Assembly: GCA_965219415.1 (NCBI GenBank)
Contig: CBDCNP010000002.1
Location: forward strand, 32,001 to 96,000
Direction of reading: 5' to 3'
Origin: Candidatus Marinacidobacterales bacterium
Lineage (GTDB): Bacteria > Acidobacteriota > Vicinamibacteria > Marinacidobacterales > DATDRI01
DNA length: 64,000 nucleotides
Part shown: positions 50,924-61,682 of the stretch, one piece after another
Layout of the letters: each line of letters starts with the position of its first letter
Position numbering within the stretch: position 1 is the first letter of the stretch
Notes under the pieces: model-generated
Database searches by the model: none
What the model was told of the DNA's origin: nothing
Seen by the model: only the letters and a program-made list of their open reading frames with translations
Position numbers and translations under genes: made by a program

Positions 50924-52555
50924 CTACGGGGCCACTTCTCCCCACGTGGGCACTTCGAACTGCACGTTCTCGTTCGCGAGCTCGGTACGGCTGATGCCGT
51001 CATACTGATTCGCTACGTCGGCCCAGGGGCGTAGCCGAACGGAGATTCTGTCTCCAGCACGGAACTGTGAGGCCTCCTGCAAAACACGGTCCCGCATGCC
51101 CCAGATGTACACGACGGCCTGAGCCCCGCTCACCCCAGCCCCGTCGCCCGCGAGGTCCACCAGATGTATGGCGGTGATGTGGTCGGCGTACGGAACCGTA
51201 CCCGGCCGTGGAATCGGCGCTATTTCTTGGATCGTTCCGGATACCGCAACCGCTTCGCCGGGCGCAGGGACGAAGAACTGCCCGGGCGCCGCCTCGCCGA
51301 GACTGAGGTCCACAAGCGTCCAGTCGCCAACGGCCAGCTCCCGTTCCGCGAACTGGAAGATCACCAGCCGCTTGCCGGCGAGGCGATCCCGTCCGCCCGC
51401 GAGCTCGCGCCCCAAATGCTCTCTCGCAGCAAACGCACCGTCGGCGTTCTGAACGATCCGATCGATGGGCCGCTGCATGAGAAAGCTGAGCTGCTCGGCG
51501 AATCCACCGGACTCTCCCCAACCCATTTCAGCCAGGGAATAGATGTTGCTGAAGCTGTCGCCGAGCAGTAAAACATCGGCCTTTCGACTCGATTCCCACG
51601 GAGCGCCTTCCTCGATGCGTATCCGTCGCACCCGCACCAGCTCTTTTGGATAGCGTGACTGCCCCTCGGGCAGATCCAACATGCGAGCTACATCTCCCCG
51701 GTTCGTGACCTCCACGTTCTCACTGGTGTAATCGGCCCCGGGTGCCGGAGGTAACTCCACATGCTGTGACACGAAGTCGCGGAGATGAGCCGCCACCAAC
51801 TCCATGGCCTCGGGTCGCCAATGTGTATCAGTCATCAAGTATTGGGGTGTTCCGGTTTGGCGCTTGGCATCGAACAGGAACGGGGCTGGGTCGAAGACCA
51901 GTACGCCGCGCTCCCCGAGTTGGCTAATGAGGCTCTCGTAATCGGCCGGTCGCAGCGGACCGCCCACTTCTTCGAAACCGCGGCTGAATCGCTCCGGGTG
52001 GACCGAGGGCTTCACCGGCGTGGGAATGACGATGAGTCGAATGCCTCTTCGTTCCAATTGCGCTTGGAGGTCCAAGATCGCCGGACGTGGATTTCTCGAT
52101 TCCAGAAAACTGGGGCCGATCAGGTAGTCCAGGCTGTCTCTAAAAAAGAGCCACGCCTTGCCACCGATGTAGGCCTGCTCGTTGCCGGCGCCGAAGGCGC
52201 TGAGGAAGTACTGGGTCCCCGGCCTTAGCATCTGCCCAAGAAGTGTCTGCTCGCCGGCATCGTCGTCGAAGCGTTCAAGCTCGCCGATAACCACACGGTT
52301 CTTCCGAAAGACTCGTGTTGGCAGCGACGCGTCCGCTTCGCTACGGAGGGGCGACACCGTGACGCGGACTAAACTGGCTGCACGGCGTCGCAAGCTGTCC
52401 GACCCGTCGTGGACGATTTCGGCGAGCAAAGCGCCACCGACCAACAGAATAAACTGGCCCACCAACAGCCAAGCGGTCCCGCGCCCAATCGTCGTGTGGC
52501 CGACTTCCCTCCGCGCGAGCTCTTCTCGGGTCTGTTGAAGCGATTTCTCGGTCAT
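50924..52555 (-). CDS. AlgJ/AlgX-like SGNH O-acetyltransferase with N-terminal TM and extra C-terminal domain
   Basis: WLFF, PTPVKP, TDTHW, LLGDSFS. Confidence 0.88.
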   Translation of the reverse strand: MTEKSLQQTREELARREVGHTTIGRGTAWLLVGQFILLVGGALLAEIVHDGSDSLRRRAASLVRVTVSPLRSEADASLPTRVFRKNRVVIGELERFDDDAGEQTLLGQMLRPGTQYFLSAFGAGNEQAYIGGKAWLFFRDSLDYLIGPSFLESRNPRPAILDLQAQLERRGIRLIVIPTPVKPSVHPERFSRGFEEVGGPLRPADYESLISQLGERGVLVFDPAPFLFDAKRQTGTPQYLMTDTHWRPEAMELVAAHLRDFVSQHVELPPAPGADYTSENVEVTNRGDVARMLDLPEGQSRYPKELVRVRRIRIEEGAPWESSRKADVLLLGDSFSNIYSLAEMGWGESGGFAEQLSFLMQRPIDRIVQNADGAFAAREHLGRELAGGRDRLAGKRLVIFQFAERELAVGDWTLVDLSLGEAAPGQFFVPAPGEAVAVSGTIQEIAPIPRPGTVPYADHITAIHLVDLAGDGAGVSGAQAVVYIWGMRDRVLQEASQFRAGDRISVRLRPWADVANQYDGISRTELANENVQFEVPTWGEVAP

Positions 52556-52556
52556 A

Positions 52557-54014
52557 TCAGAAGATGAAGTAGATGAACGGGTTGAATCCTTGTGTCGCGA
52601 GCACCGCGATCGAGGCCAGCCACAACCCGACTATCGCAATGGCCTTGAGCGGGGTAATGGTGCGAGTCCAATCCCAAGTCTGCGGACACGTCCATGTGAC
52701 GAGAGCCGCAAGGAAAACCGTCCCCAAGTAGTACGGTTGATACAAAATCCCACTCAAGAGTCCGGCGGTTTCGTGCACCGTCTCGATGCCGAACATGCTC
52801 CGCAAATACATGACGGCGGCTCGCAGATCCTCGGCCCTAAAGAAGACCCAGGTGATGAGAACGAGCGTAAACGTGACCGCCCTACGCCCCACCGCCGGCA
52901 GCCAACGATAGGGAGGTGATTTTCCGCGGAGACGTTCACCGGCAAGCAATAGACCGTGCAGTCCTCCCCAGACGACGAAGTTCCACGCTGCCCCATGCCA
53001 CAGTCCTCCGAGCAACATGACAATCGCCAGGTTGAGATAGGTTCGGCCGCGGCCGAGTTTGTTTCCTCCGAGCGGCAGGTAGAGATAGTCCCGGAGCCAC
53101 GTAGACAACGATATGTGCCACCGCCGCCAAAACTCGGTGATCGACTGAGCGAGGTAGGGAGAATCGAAGTTCTTCGAGAACACGAATCCCAACATGAGGC
53201 CCAGCCCGATGGCCATGTCCGAGTACGCGCTGAAGTCGAAATAGATCTGAAACGCATAGCCGATGACGCCGTACCAGGCATCCACGACGCCGATGGACCC
53301 GGCGTTGAATGCGACATCCGCCACCTTGCCACAGGGATTGGCCAAGAGGATCTTCTTCGCGAGCCCGACGCTCACAAACGCGACGCCGCGGGAGAATTTC
53401 GTGACGGTGTGCGTTCGCTGCGAGAGTTGGTCGGCGACCTCTGAGAACCGGATGATCGGCCCAGCGACGAGCTGCGGAAACATCGAGACGTAGCAAGCGA
53501 AGTCGATGAAGTTTCTGAGTGCCCGGGCCTGCCCTCGGTAGACGTCGATGGTGTAACTCATCGACTGGAACGTGTAGAAGCTGATCCCCAATGGCAAGAC
53601 GACGCTGATCGCCCTCTCGATTTCGAGCTCCGGCAAACCCAGGTGGCTGACGATGACATCGAAGCTATCCGCCGCGAAATTGAAGTACTTGAAGAAGCCG
53701 AGGAGCGACAGATTGGAAACGATGGACAGGGTCACAGCAACCCGCTGTGAGCGGGTGCGGCGTCTTCCCGGGTCAAGCTGCTGGATCGGACTTCCCCAAT
53801 CCCGCAAACGGTGCTTCGCAATCACCAGCCCGCAGACGTAGTCAACCGTTGTCGATCCGAGTAGGAGTAGGACGAAGAGCGGATTCGCCCACCCATAGAA
53901 GAAGTAACTCACCAGGGTGAGGATGAGGTGCTTGGTGCGGCGCGGAACCGCGTAGTAAAGCAGCAGCGCAATGGGTAGGAAATAGAAGAGGAAGAGGTAG
54001 GAGCTAAAGACCAC
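52557..54014 (-). CDS. MBOAT O-acyltransferase (AlgI/DltB/PatA-like)
   Basis: LPLGISFYTFQ, FPQLVAGPI, QIYFDFS, FWRRWHISLS, GLWHGA, FIYF. Confidence 0.95.
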   Translation of the reverse strand: MVFSSYLFLFYFLPIALLLYYAVPRRTKHLILTLVSYFFYGWANPLFVLLLLGSTTVDYVCGLVIAKHRLRDWGSPIQQLDPGRRRTRSQRVAVTLSIVSNLSLLGFFKYFNFAADSFDVIVSHLGLPELEIERAISVVLPLGISFYTFQSMSYTIDVYRGQARALRNFIDFACYVSMFPQLVAGPIIRFSEVADQLSQRTHTVTKFSRGVAFVSVGLAKKILLANPCGKVADVAFNAGSIGVVDAWYGVIGYAFQIYFDFSAYSDMAIGLGLMLGFVFSKNFDSPYLAQSITEFWRRWHISLSTWLRDYLYLPLGGNKLGRGRTYLNLAIVMLLGGLWHGAAWNFVVWGGLHGLLLAGERLRGKSPPYRWLPAVGRRAVTFTLVLITWVFFRAEDLRAAVMYLRSMFGIETVHETAGLLSGILYQPYYLGTVFLAALVTWTCPQTWDWTRTITPLKAIAIVGLWLASIAVLATQGFNPFIYFIF

Positions 54015-54017
54015 TGG

Positions 54018-55451
54018 CTATCTGTCGATGTCGTAGTAGAGTCGAAGGTCGAAGGCGTCGCTGTCCATGACGAGGCGCTCGCCTTCTAGCTCCTGATGCT
54101 CATCATACACGCCTAGAGTCATTCGGTGGACGCTGCCTTCTCCGCGTACCGCCTCGTCTAACACTTGGCCGTCTCGAATCACCCAGTGGGCGGCGAGAAG
54201 TGTCGCCCCCTCGTAGGCGCCTTCGAGCACTTTCACCACCTCGTATTCGTTGACGAGGAGCGCACGGCGGTATGGCAAAATCGACTCCGGTGTGGGGATC
54301 GGGAAAGATTGAAGCACACGAGCTTCGACAACCAGACGCTCGCTGGTTCCTTCGTCCGCTACAGGTGACGGCCCACGTTTTGGATTCCGCCCCACACGGT
54401 CGGCGGGTCGCTCGCTCGGGTCAATCCAAGCGTCCGGGTAGAAATCGGCATGCCGGTTGTCGGACACCTGGGCCCAGGCCTCGACAGTCGTGAAATCTTC
54501 GGAGAAGCGGCCGAGATGGATCTCGACCTGCTCTCCACCATCACGGATCTTGTTGGCCTTGTCGCCAACCGTGTAGGGGCCGGTGATGGTGAGAAACCGG
54601 GGGTGGTTGGCCCAGCGCGGATGGTAAATCTCGTATCCGTCGATTCCCGGCGCATCATTAATGTTGACCCGCCATCGTTCGTCACGCCCTAAATCCACCA
54701 TAGTCAGATTGCGGTGAGCTCCATCGAAATACCAGAAAAGGGGGTTAGCACCGCTCGATAGAGACGTCCAGCATCCCCTACCCTTGCGATCCCAGTCACC
54801 GTTGGGTAGCCCCACCACTCCGGCCCCAGGCCAAGGGAAGAGCCCGCCCGCCAAGCGGCCATCGTCTGATACCTGAAAGGTGTCTCCGCTCACACGGCGC
54901 CGGTCCCAAACGAGCTCACTCACTTCCCAGTGGTCGATCTGGTGTCTGGTGACGACCCCATAGGTGACGGGGTCTTTCTTCTCGTCGGTACCCACATAGA
55001 TCCATTCGACTTCGGTCTTCGGATCGATCCATGTTGCGAGCGCGAATCCCCTTCCCAGCCTCTGCACCCTGGATCCATCCCAGTTCACGAGGAGCACCCG
55101 GTTACGTCCGCGGTTGGAAACAACCACCCGGTCACCACGGGGCGTCAAAAGGGGCTTGGCATAGTTGCCCGGGGTATCGACGATCGCGCGCTCGCCGTTA
55201 CCGTCGTGACTGTCGTACCCCATCAAGCGAAGTTGCTTGCCCTTGGTGCCAATGTCGGTCCCATCACCGAGGTCCTGGGCCCAGACGACTCGGGTTCGAG
55301 CACCGGTCAGGCTCTGAATGTCGCTCGGCTCCATTGCCCCCGGGCGCGTGTTTGCGTGTGCCTCGTTACGCTCCCCGGGTGCCTCGGGCGGCGCGCATGA
55401 TGCGCACGCCACCAAAACGACAGCCAGGAAAAGGGACTTCTGTCGAGCCAT
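54018..55451 (-). CDS. hypothetical lipoprotein: TolB-like beta-propeller region plus C-terminal domain shared with the SGNH protein
   Basis: Lipobox-like CASC; PLLTPRGDRVVVS, VNWDGS, HPRWANHP. Confidence 0.75.
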   Translation of the reverse strand: MARQKSLFLAVVLVACASCAPPEAPGERNEAHANTRPGAMEPSDIQSLTGARTRVVWAQDLGDGTDIGTKGKQLRLMGYDSHDGNGERAIVDTPGNYAKPLLTPRGDRVVVSNRGRNRVLLVNWDGSRVQRLGRGFALATWIDPKTEVEWIYVGTDEKKDPVTYGVVTRHQIDHWEVSELVWDRRRVSGDTFQVSDDGRLAGGLFPWPGAGVVGLPNGDWDRKGRGCWTSLSSGANPLFWYFDGAHRNLTMVDLGRDERWRVNINDAPGIDGYEIYHPRWANHPRFLTITGPYTVGDKANKIRDGGEQVEIHLGRFSEDFTTVEAWAQVSDNRHADFYPDAWIDPSERPADRVGRNPKRGPSPVADEGTSERLVVEARVLQSFPIPTPESILPYRRALLVNEYEVVKVLEGAYEGATLLAAHWVIRDGQVLDEAVRGEGSVHRMTLGVYDEHQELEGERLVMDSDAFDLRLYYDIDR

Positions 55452-55561
55452 GTTCCCCCCATTTTCTGGCAGCCGTTTGGAGCCTGCAAGCTGCAAACGA
55501 GCGGTCGAGTCACGTACAATAGTCGCTGGGGGCGGATACCCCGCACCGTCTGGAGGGCCCC

Positions 55562-56125
55562 ATGGGATTCGTACTCACGATCTTTGGCATCGTCGCTGGC
55601 GCTTTCTTCCTTGGTTATTTGGGCGGTCGCCATCTACAACGGTCTCGTTAGCCTGCGAAACACCTGTGACAACGCCTGGAGCGATGTCGACGTCCAGCTG
55701 AAGAAGCGATACAACTTGATCCCCAACCTCGTCGAAACCGTGAAAGGGTACGCGAAACACGAGAAGGATACCCTCGAAAAAGTGATCCAAGCTCGGAGCC
55801 AGGCCATTGAAGCGCCGACGCCCGACGCCACCATCGCCGCAGAGAACGTGCTGACGGGCGCTCTGCGGAAGCTCTTCGCGCTTTCCGAGGCCTACCCCGA
55901 CCTGAGAAGGCTAACCAGAACTTCATTCAGCTCCAGGGCGACCTCACCCGTATCGAGGGCGATATCGCCAACGCCCGCCGTTACTACAACGCGGTCGTTC
56001 GAGACTTCAACACGCGACAGCAAGTCTTTCCCGCCAATATCATTGCGGGCTCCTTCGACTTCCAGACGCGGGCATTCTTCGAGGCCGAGGAAGAAGATCA
56101 GAAGTCCGTCAAGGTTCAATTCTAG
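55562..56125 (+). CDS. lemA: LemA-family protein; frameshifts near 55580 and 55905
   Basis: YNGLV, AWSDVDVQLKKRYNLIPNLVETVKGYA, EAYPDL; alternate frame ARRYYNAVV. Confidence 0.88.
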
Positions 56126-56139
56126 AAAACGGTTGGAAG

Positions 56140-57953
56140 GTGAGCGTTCCGCGAGTCACTTGCCTCATCTGCCTAATCGGGGCAGCAGCCCTTGGGGCGA
56201 CAAGAGCGGCCGCGACCGAGATCCACCACTTCGATGTTGCGATCGTCCTCAATGTTGACAGCACGTTCGTCGTAACCGAAACGATCGAGGTCGACTTCGG
56301 TAGCCAGCGGAAGCACGGCATCTTCCGGACCATCCCGGTCGACTACAACCGATCGGAGACGATTGCGGGCGTGCCGATGACGGCTCGCTACTCTATCCGC
56401 CTACAAGTCTTGAAGGTCACGGGTCGAGAAGGTCGCCCGATCCCGTTTACCACGCGCAAGGAAGGCCGCAACCTCTTCGTCCGAATCGGCCACCCCAGGC
56501 GGACCGTCACTGGCCGCGTCCTCTATACGATCACCTACGGCGTCCAAAGGGCGATCAACCGTTTCGACGAACACGATGAGCTCTACTGGAACGTAACCGG
56601 GACCGAATGGGACTGGCCAATCCATTCCGCGAGTGCCCGCATCTGGTTCCCTTCGGACGTCGAAACGGAGCGGGTGATGCACAAGACGTTCACCGGTCGA
56701 TGGAGCTCGACAACGACGGATGCCAAGGAACAACTCATCCCTGAGCTCTACTTCGCCGAGGTCGCCAACTTGGGAGTTGGCGAGGGCCTCACGATCGTTC
56801 TCGGGTTTCCGAAGGGCACCCTCCGGCCTCCATCGGTATCGCAGGAATCTGGTGGACCGTTGCGGACAACATTGTTTTCTTTCTCGCAGCCCTCGCCCCG
56901 ATTTTGGTGCTGGCAGTCTTGTTCTGGTCCTATCTACGAATTGGCCGAGACCCTGGACGTCGAACACCGATCGTCGTGCAATACGAGCCGCCGGCCGAGC
57001 TTTCGCCGGCGGAAGTCGGCAGCCTGGTAGACGAGACGATCGACACACCGGACATCGTCTCCACCGTCATCGATCTCGCGGTGCGGGGGCACCTCAAAAT
57101 CTACGACGAAAAAACAACGAAGCTGCTCTTTTTGTCGGAAACGGACTACCGCTTCGAGAGACTCAAAGACGACGTCGAAGACCTGTCGGAGCACGAACGC
57201 GAGTTCTTGGCCGGACTCTTTGCTTCCGGCGACTCCGTTTGGCTGTCCAGCCTGAAGAACGAGTTCTACACGTCCATCCCTCCGATCCGCAAGGCCATCA
57301 CCCGCCAGATGCTTGCGAAGAAACTATTTCCCAGCGACCCGGAGAAGACTCGTGGCCACTACTTCCTTGTCGGCATGGCGGCCACGATGGTGCCGTTGGT
57401 ACTGGGTGTCTTGCTCCATAAATCAGGTACCGTCAATATCGGCTTGCCCTCGCCGCCGGGCGCGTTTCTCTTTTTCCTGATTATTTGCTTGGCGGCGACC
57501 TTGGTCCTCGTTCGATTGTTTTCCAAAGCAATGCCTTCCAAGACACGAAAGGGAGCCCGCCTCGCCAAATACTGCCTCGGCTTCAAGGAGTTCATCCAAC
57601 GCGTCGAGCGGGACCGGATCGAGCGGATGGCCAAGGATGACCCGACCCTGTTCCAGCGGGTTCTTCCCTACGCCGTCGTACTCGGAGTCGCCGACGAATG
57701 GGGCGAGCGTTTTGCGGGTCTTTTGACCGAACCTCCAACCTGGTACGAGTCCTCATCCTGGAGCCACGGGATCTTTCATCCGGGCGACATGGTGAATAAC
57801 CTGGGTCACGGTATGCACGCCATGGGTTCAACCTTGACGTCGCGGCCCAGTAGCAGCGGCAGTGGTGGTGGTGGCGGTGGATTTAGTGGCTTCAGTGGTG
57901 GCGGAGGATTCAGCGGAGGAGGTTTCGGAGGGGGCGGCGCAGGAAGCTGGTAA
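56140..57953 (+). CDS. DUF2207-family membrane protein; frameshift near 56850
   Basis: HGIFRTIP, ELYWNVTG, YEPP, LPYAVVLG, Gly/Ser-rich tail ending GGGGAGSW; typical lemA neighbour. Confidence 0.88.
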
Positions 57954-59407
57954 CTGCCTCAGGGAACGAAATCAAGCTGAGCCTAGAACCTCTGGCAATG
58001 GACTCACTCGGTGAAATTGGCGGGAATGCCGGCCCCCTTGAACATGCCCAATAGCCCGGTCTTGTCGGTCGCCTTCATCCAGGCTTCTTTGGGGTCTACT
58101 TTCTTGTCTTTGACGTGGGCCAAGAGACTGTCGTTCATCGTGGTCATTCCCAACCGCTTCGAAGTCTGCATGATCGAGGGGATCTGAAAGGTCTTTCCCT
58201 CGCGGACCAGGCTCGCGACGGCCTGGTTACCGAGCAGGATCTCTAGCGCTGCGAGTCGCCCCCCGCCTTCCTTCTTGCACAGAACTTGAGCTATCACCCC
58301 TTTCAGCGCTTCGGAGAGCATGACTCGGATCTGGGCTTGCCGGTCTGCAGGAAACTGATCGATGACGCGATCGACCGTGGAGACCGCTGTGGTCGTGTGA
58401 AGGGTACCGAAGACCAGATGCCCGGTCTCCGCGGTTTCGATGGCAATGGCGATGGTCTCCAAGTCACGCATCTCCCCGACGAGCACAATGTCGGGATCCT
58501 CGCGGAGTGCGGCGCGGAGTGCGTCCGTGAACGAGTCGGTGTGTCAACCGACCTCCCGCTGGTTCATGAGACATTTCTGGTTCTTGTGCACGAACTCGAT
58601 GGGATCTTCGATAGTGATGATGTGATCCGAGCGGTTCTTGTTGATGTAATCCACCATCGCCGCCAGGGTGGTCGATTTCCCCGAACCGGTAGGACCGGTG
58701 ACGACCACGAGTCCCTTGGTCAGGTGGCAAAGGTCGAGCACCGACTTTGGTAAGTTCAGTTGCTCGGTGGTCAAGATGTCGAAGGGGATTTGGCGAATCA
58801 CCGTCCCAACCCCGTTCCGATCTTCGAAGACATTGACTCGGAAACGGGAGAGCCCGGGAATCTCGTGCGCCAAGTCGGCGTCTCTTCTTGTTTTGAAGCG
58901 CTCCCGGATATCGTCGGTCATGATAGGCAGCAGCAGTTTCTCGATTCTGTCGGAAGTGAAGGTTCCTCGGTCGTTCAAGAAGCGAATCTCGCCGTCGACT
59001 CGGAGAACCGGTGCGCAGTCGGATGACAAATGCAGGTCAGACGCGCCCTCGGAGATCATCGACCGCAGAATCTCGTCCAACTCGGAGTCGCCGTTCCGTG
59101 CCGCGACGGCGGCTTGCCTCTGAGGAGCTGACGCCCCTTCGCTCGGCCGCGGGACGCTCCTTCCGGCGCCTCGACTGTCGAGCTCGGCGCAACCGACTGC
59201 GCGGCCGACGTTGGTTGCGGCGACGGTTCCTCCGCCGCTCGCAAGCGCCGCAACTTCATAGCGATGCTTCCATTCGGGCGGTGCAGCAATACCTCGAAGT
59301 TTTCCCCGGCGTGGGTCATGCTGACGGATTTCGGTGTCTTCGAAAGCGAGCGAACTCCTTCCGGTCCGATGACTCCCTCGGCGGTGTGCTCCAGGGTATT
59401 CTCTTGA

Positions 59408-60793
59408 GGGTTTACGCGGATTCGTGTGGGTAAGTTCTGACGGAAAAACAGTGTAACTCATTGTGTGGAAAAGGTATCGAGTACTTCATCAGGTGCTGAA
59501 AAGTGGTCCATTTTTAGGATAGGCTAACCGAGTGAAAAATTCCCAGTCGATCCGCTCGCTGTTTGCGCTGCCAGGTTTCGTGGTTGGTGCCGGATTGAAG
59601 GGTCTATTCGGTGACCGATACACCCGCGTCATCCAGCTCAAGAGGCGAAAAAAACAGCTGTGTGCTCTTACTGTGGGCAACGGTGCCGGGGGCGCTATGA
59701 CAAGCAAGTGTGCCGGGTCCGCGACCTGTCGTTGGCAGGCTGGCGGATCTATCTGGAATACGAGCGTTGGCGCGTCAACTGTTCTGGGTGCGGCGGTGTG
59801 CATGTAGAACACCTAGACTGGCTGGCGAACAACTCGCGCTACACCCAGCGTTTTGCGACGCATGTGGGCAAGCTGTGCCGGGATATGCCGAACAAGGCGG
59901 TGGCCGAGATGGAACGTCTGCACCACGGTACGGTGAAGGCTCTGGATACACGCTCTACATGCAAGAGCAGGTCGACCGGGCGGGGCTACCGGCGCCTCGG
60001 GCCATCGGTGTCGATGAGATCTCCATCCGCAAGGGACATAACTATCGCGTCATTGTCAGCGACCTGGAGCGGGCGCGTCCCATCTGGGTGGGCGGTGAGG
60101 GTCGCAAAGAAACCGACATCGATTTGTTCTTCAAGGCGCTGGGCGGAAAGAAAAGCGCCCGTATCAAGCTGGCCGCCATGGATATGTGGAAGCCCTTCCG
60201 GAACTCGGTGATTCACAACGCGCCTAATGCGCGGATCATCTTCGACAAGTTTCATATCATGCGTCATCTGTCAAAGGCCCTCGATGAGGTCCGGCGCGGT
60301 GAGTACAAACGCCTCAGCGGCAAGGACCGGTCGTACATCAAGGGGCAGCGTTACACTTTGCTTTCCCGGCGGGAGAACCTGAGCCTAGACGGTCGCCGCG
60401 CACTCAAAAAGTTGCTCCAGGCCAACCGGCGCCTGAACACCGCCTATATTTTGAAGGAGGCCTTCGGGCAACTCTGGGATTACCGCACCGAACGCGGCGC
60501 TCGCGCCTTTTTCACCCGTTGGAAAGACAGCCTCAAATGGCAACGCCTGCATCCGTACCAGAAGTTCGCCGGTATGATTGAGTCCCATTGGGATGGTATC
60601 GCCTCCTACTGTCATCCGGAGAACAAAGTCAGTCTCGGCCTAGTTGAAGGGGTCAACAACAAAATCCGTGTTCTGCAACGACGCGCCTACGGCTATCGCG
60701 ACGAGGAATATCTCAAGCTGAAGATCGTGGCGGCTTTCCTTCCGCCATTACCCAGAAATGCAGTTTTCAACCCACACGAATCCGCGTAGACTC
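59408..60793 (+). mobile_element. ISL3-family insertion sequence (1386 bp)
   Basis: IRs GGGTTTACGCGGATTCGTGTGGGT / GAGTCTACGCGGATTCGTGTGGGT (22/24); 8-bp target duplication TCTCTTGA at 59400-59407 and 60794-60801. Confidence 0.95.
59532..60789 (+). CDS. ISL3 DDE transposase spread over three frames
   Basis: CxxC...CxxC zinc finger, IGVDE, MDMWKPF, FDKFH, EGVNNKI...RRAYGYR. Confidence 0.92.
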
Positions 60794-60947
60794 TCTCTTG
60801 AAGAGGCTCTCTTCCTAGGTCTCGGCGCTGGCCGTCTTGGAGCATATAGATCCGATCTCCAACCTCGAGGCGTATCTCTTCCGCGTCGTACTTCTTCAGA
60901 GCATCCAACAAGGGTACGATCTGTGACACATATCCTCCTGCAGCTCG

Positions 60948-61448
60948 TTACAACCAGACCTTGGCAATGTACCGCTTGTTCACGTAAGTCACGCCTTCCT
61001 CGACTTCAAGCGGTATGAACGTTTCGTCCATGTTGAAGAAATCCGAGGTGCGCCTTCTCTCCGGCGGCAAGATGGAAGCCAGGGTGCCCTCCAACACTGC
61101 GCCGTCCATCATCTCGATGCGAAGGAGATCCACACAGGGGGCGGAGCTAGCGTCGGTGCGAGAAAGGATCGGGGCGTCATCGCCGACGTCGACCCTTTGT
61201 AGCGAGTCGAGGTTCACGAGTTGGCGCTTCCCGGTGTCCTTGGACTCGACGGGCATGAAGTGCCGGGAGCCATTGAGGAACTCGTCGACGCTTTCCGGAG
61301 CTCTCCGTGGTTCTGTAACCGCCGCCAGGAAAAGGGTGACCTCCTCCTGTTTCCCGTTGGACAGAATCAGCTTGGCCTCGATCGGCTGCGTGGGCAGTCG
61401 ATATACGGCGGCTGAGTTGCTCTCCGTCGAGCTCATCACGGGCCTCAA
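60948..61448 (-). CDS. conserved hypothetical protein with an internal two-fold repeat, upstream of pilT
   Basis: DEFLN..RHFMPV...LVN and DFFN..ETFIPL...YVNK repeats. Confidence 0.75.
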   Translation of the reverse strand: MRPVMSSTESNSAAVYRLPTQPIEAKLILSNGKQEEVTLFLAAVTEPRRAPESVDEFLNGSRHFMPVESKDTGKRQLVNLDSLQRVDVGDDAPILSRTDASSAPCVDLLRIEMMDGAVLEGTLASILPPERRRTSDFFNMDETFIPLEVEEGVTYVNKRYIAKVWL

Positions 61449-61682
61449 ACGTCTTCTGCTAGGGGTACGCTGGCCCCCCTGAAAAGACGGCTATGTTTGT
61501 AACTGTTAAAGGGTTGCTGAGATAGAATGCCAGGTCGACGCTGTTTTTTCAAGCACCGGCTAGGGCCCCTTAGGGCGCAGCGCCAAAGGTAGGGCGCTTC
61601 GCATATGCCCGCGGCTCCCTGAAATACGAAGGCCTAACATTCTGCTGGGATTGCTAACAACTTGACGATAGAGGAGGGCGAC

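Larger units (their letters stand above)
58004..60929 (-). pseudogene. pilT: PilT/PilU-family ATPase with N-terminal extension, interrupted by ISL3 and further frameshifted (about 59150 and 58545)
   Basis: [40 protein letters not shown]; removing the IS and one target copy fuses ...EPLQE to NTLEHTAEG...MTHAGENF in frame. Confidence 0.9.

Noticed and set aside
57845-57950. GGT/GGC-rich low-complexity repeat
   Set aside because: It encodes the normal Gly/Ser tail of DUF2207 proteins
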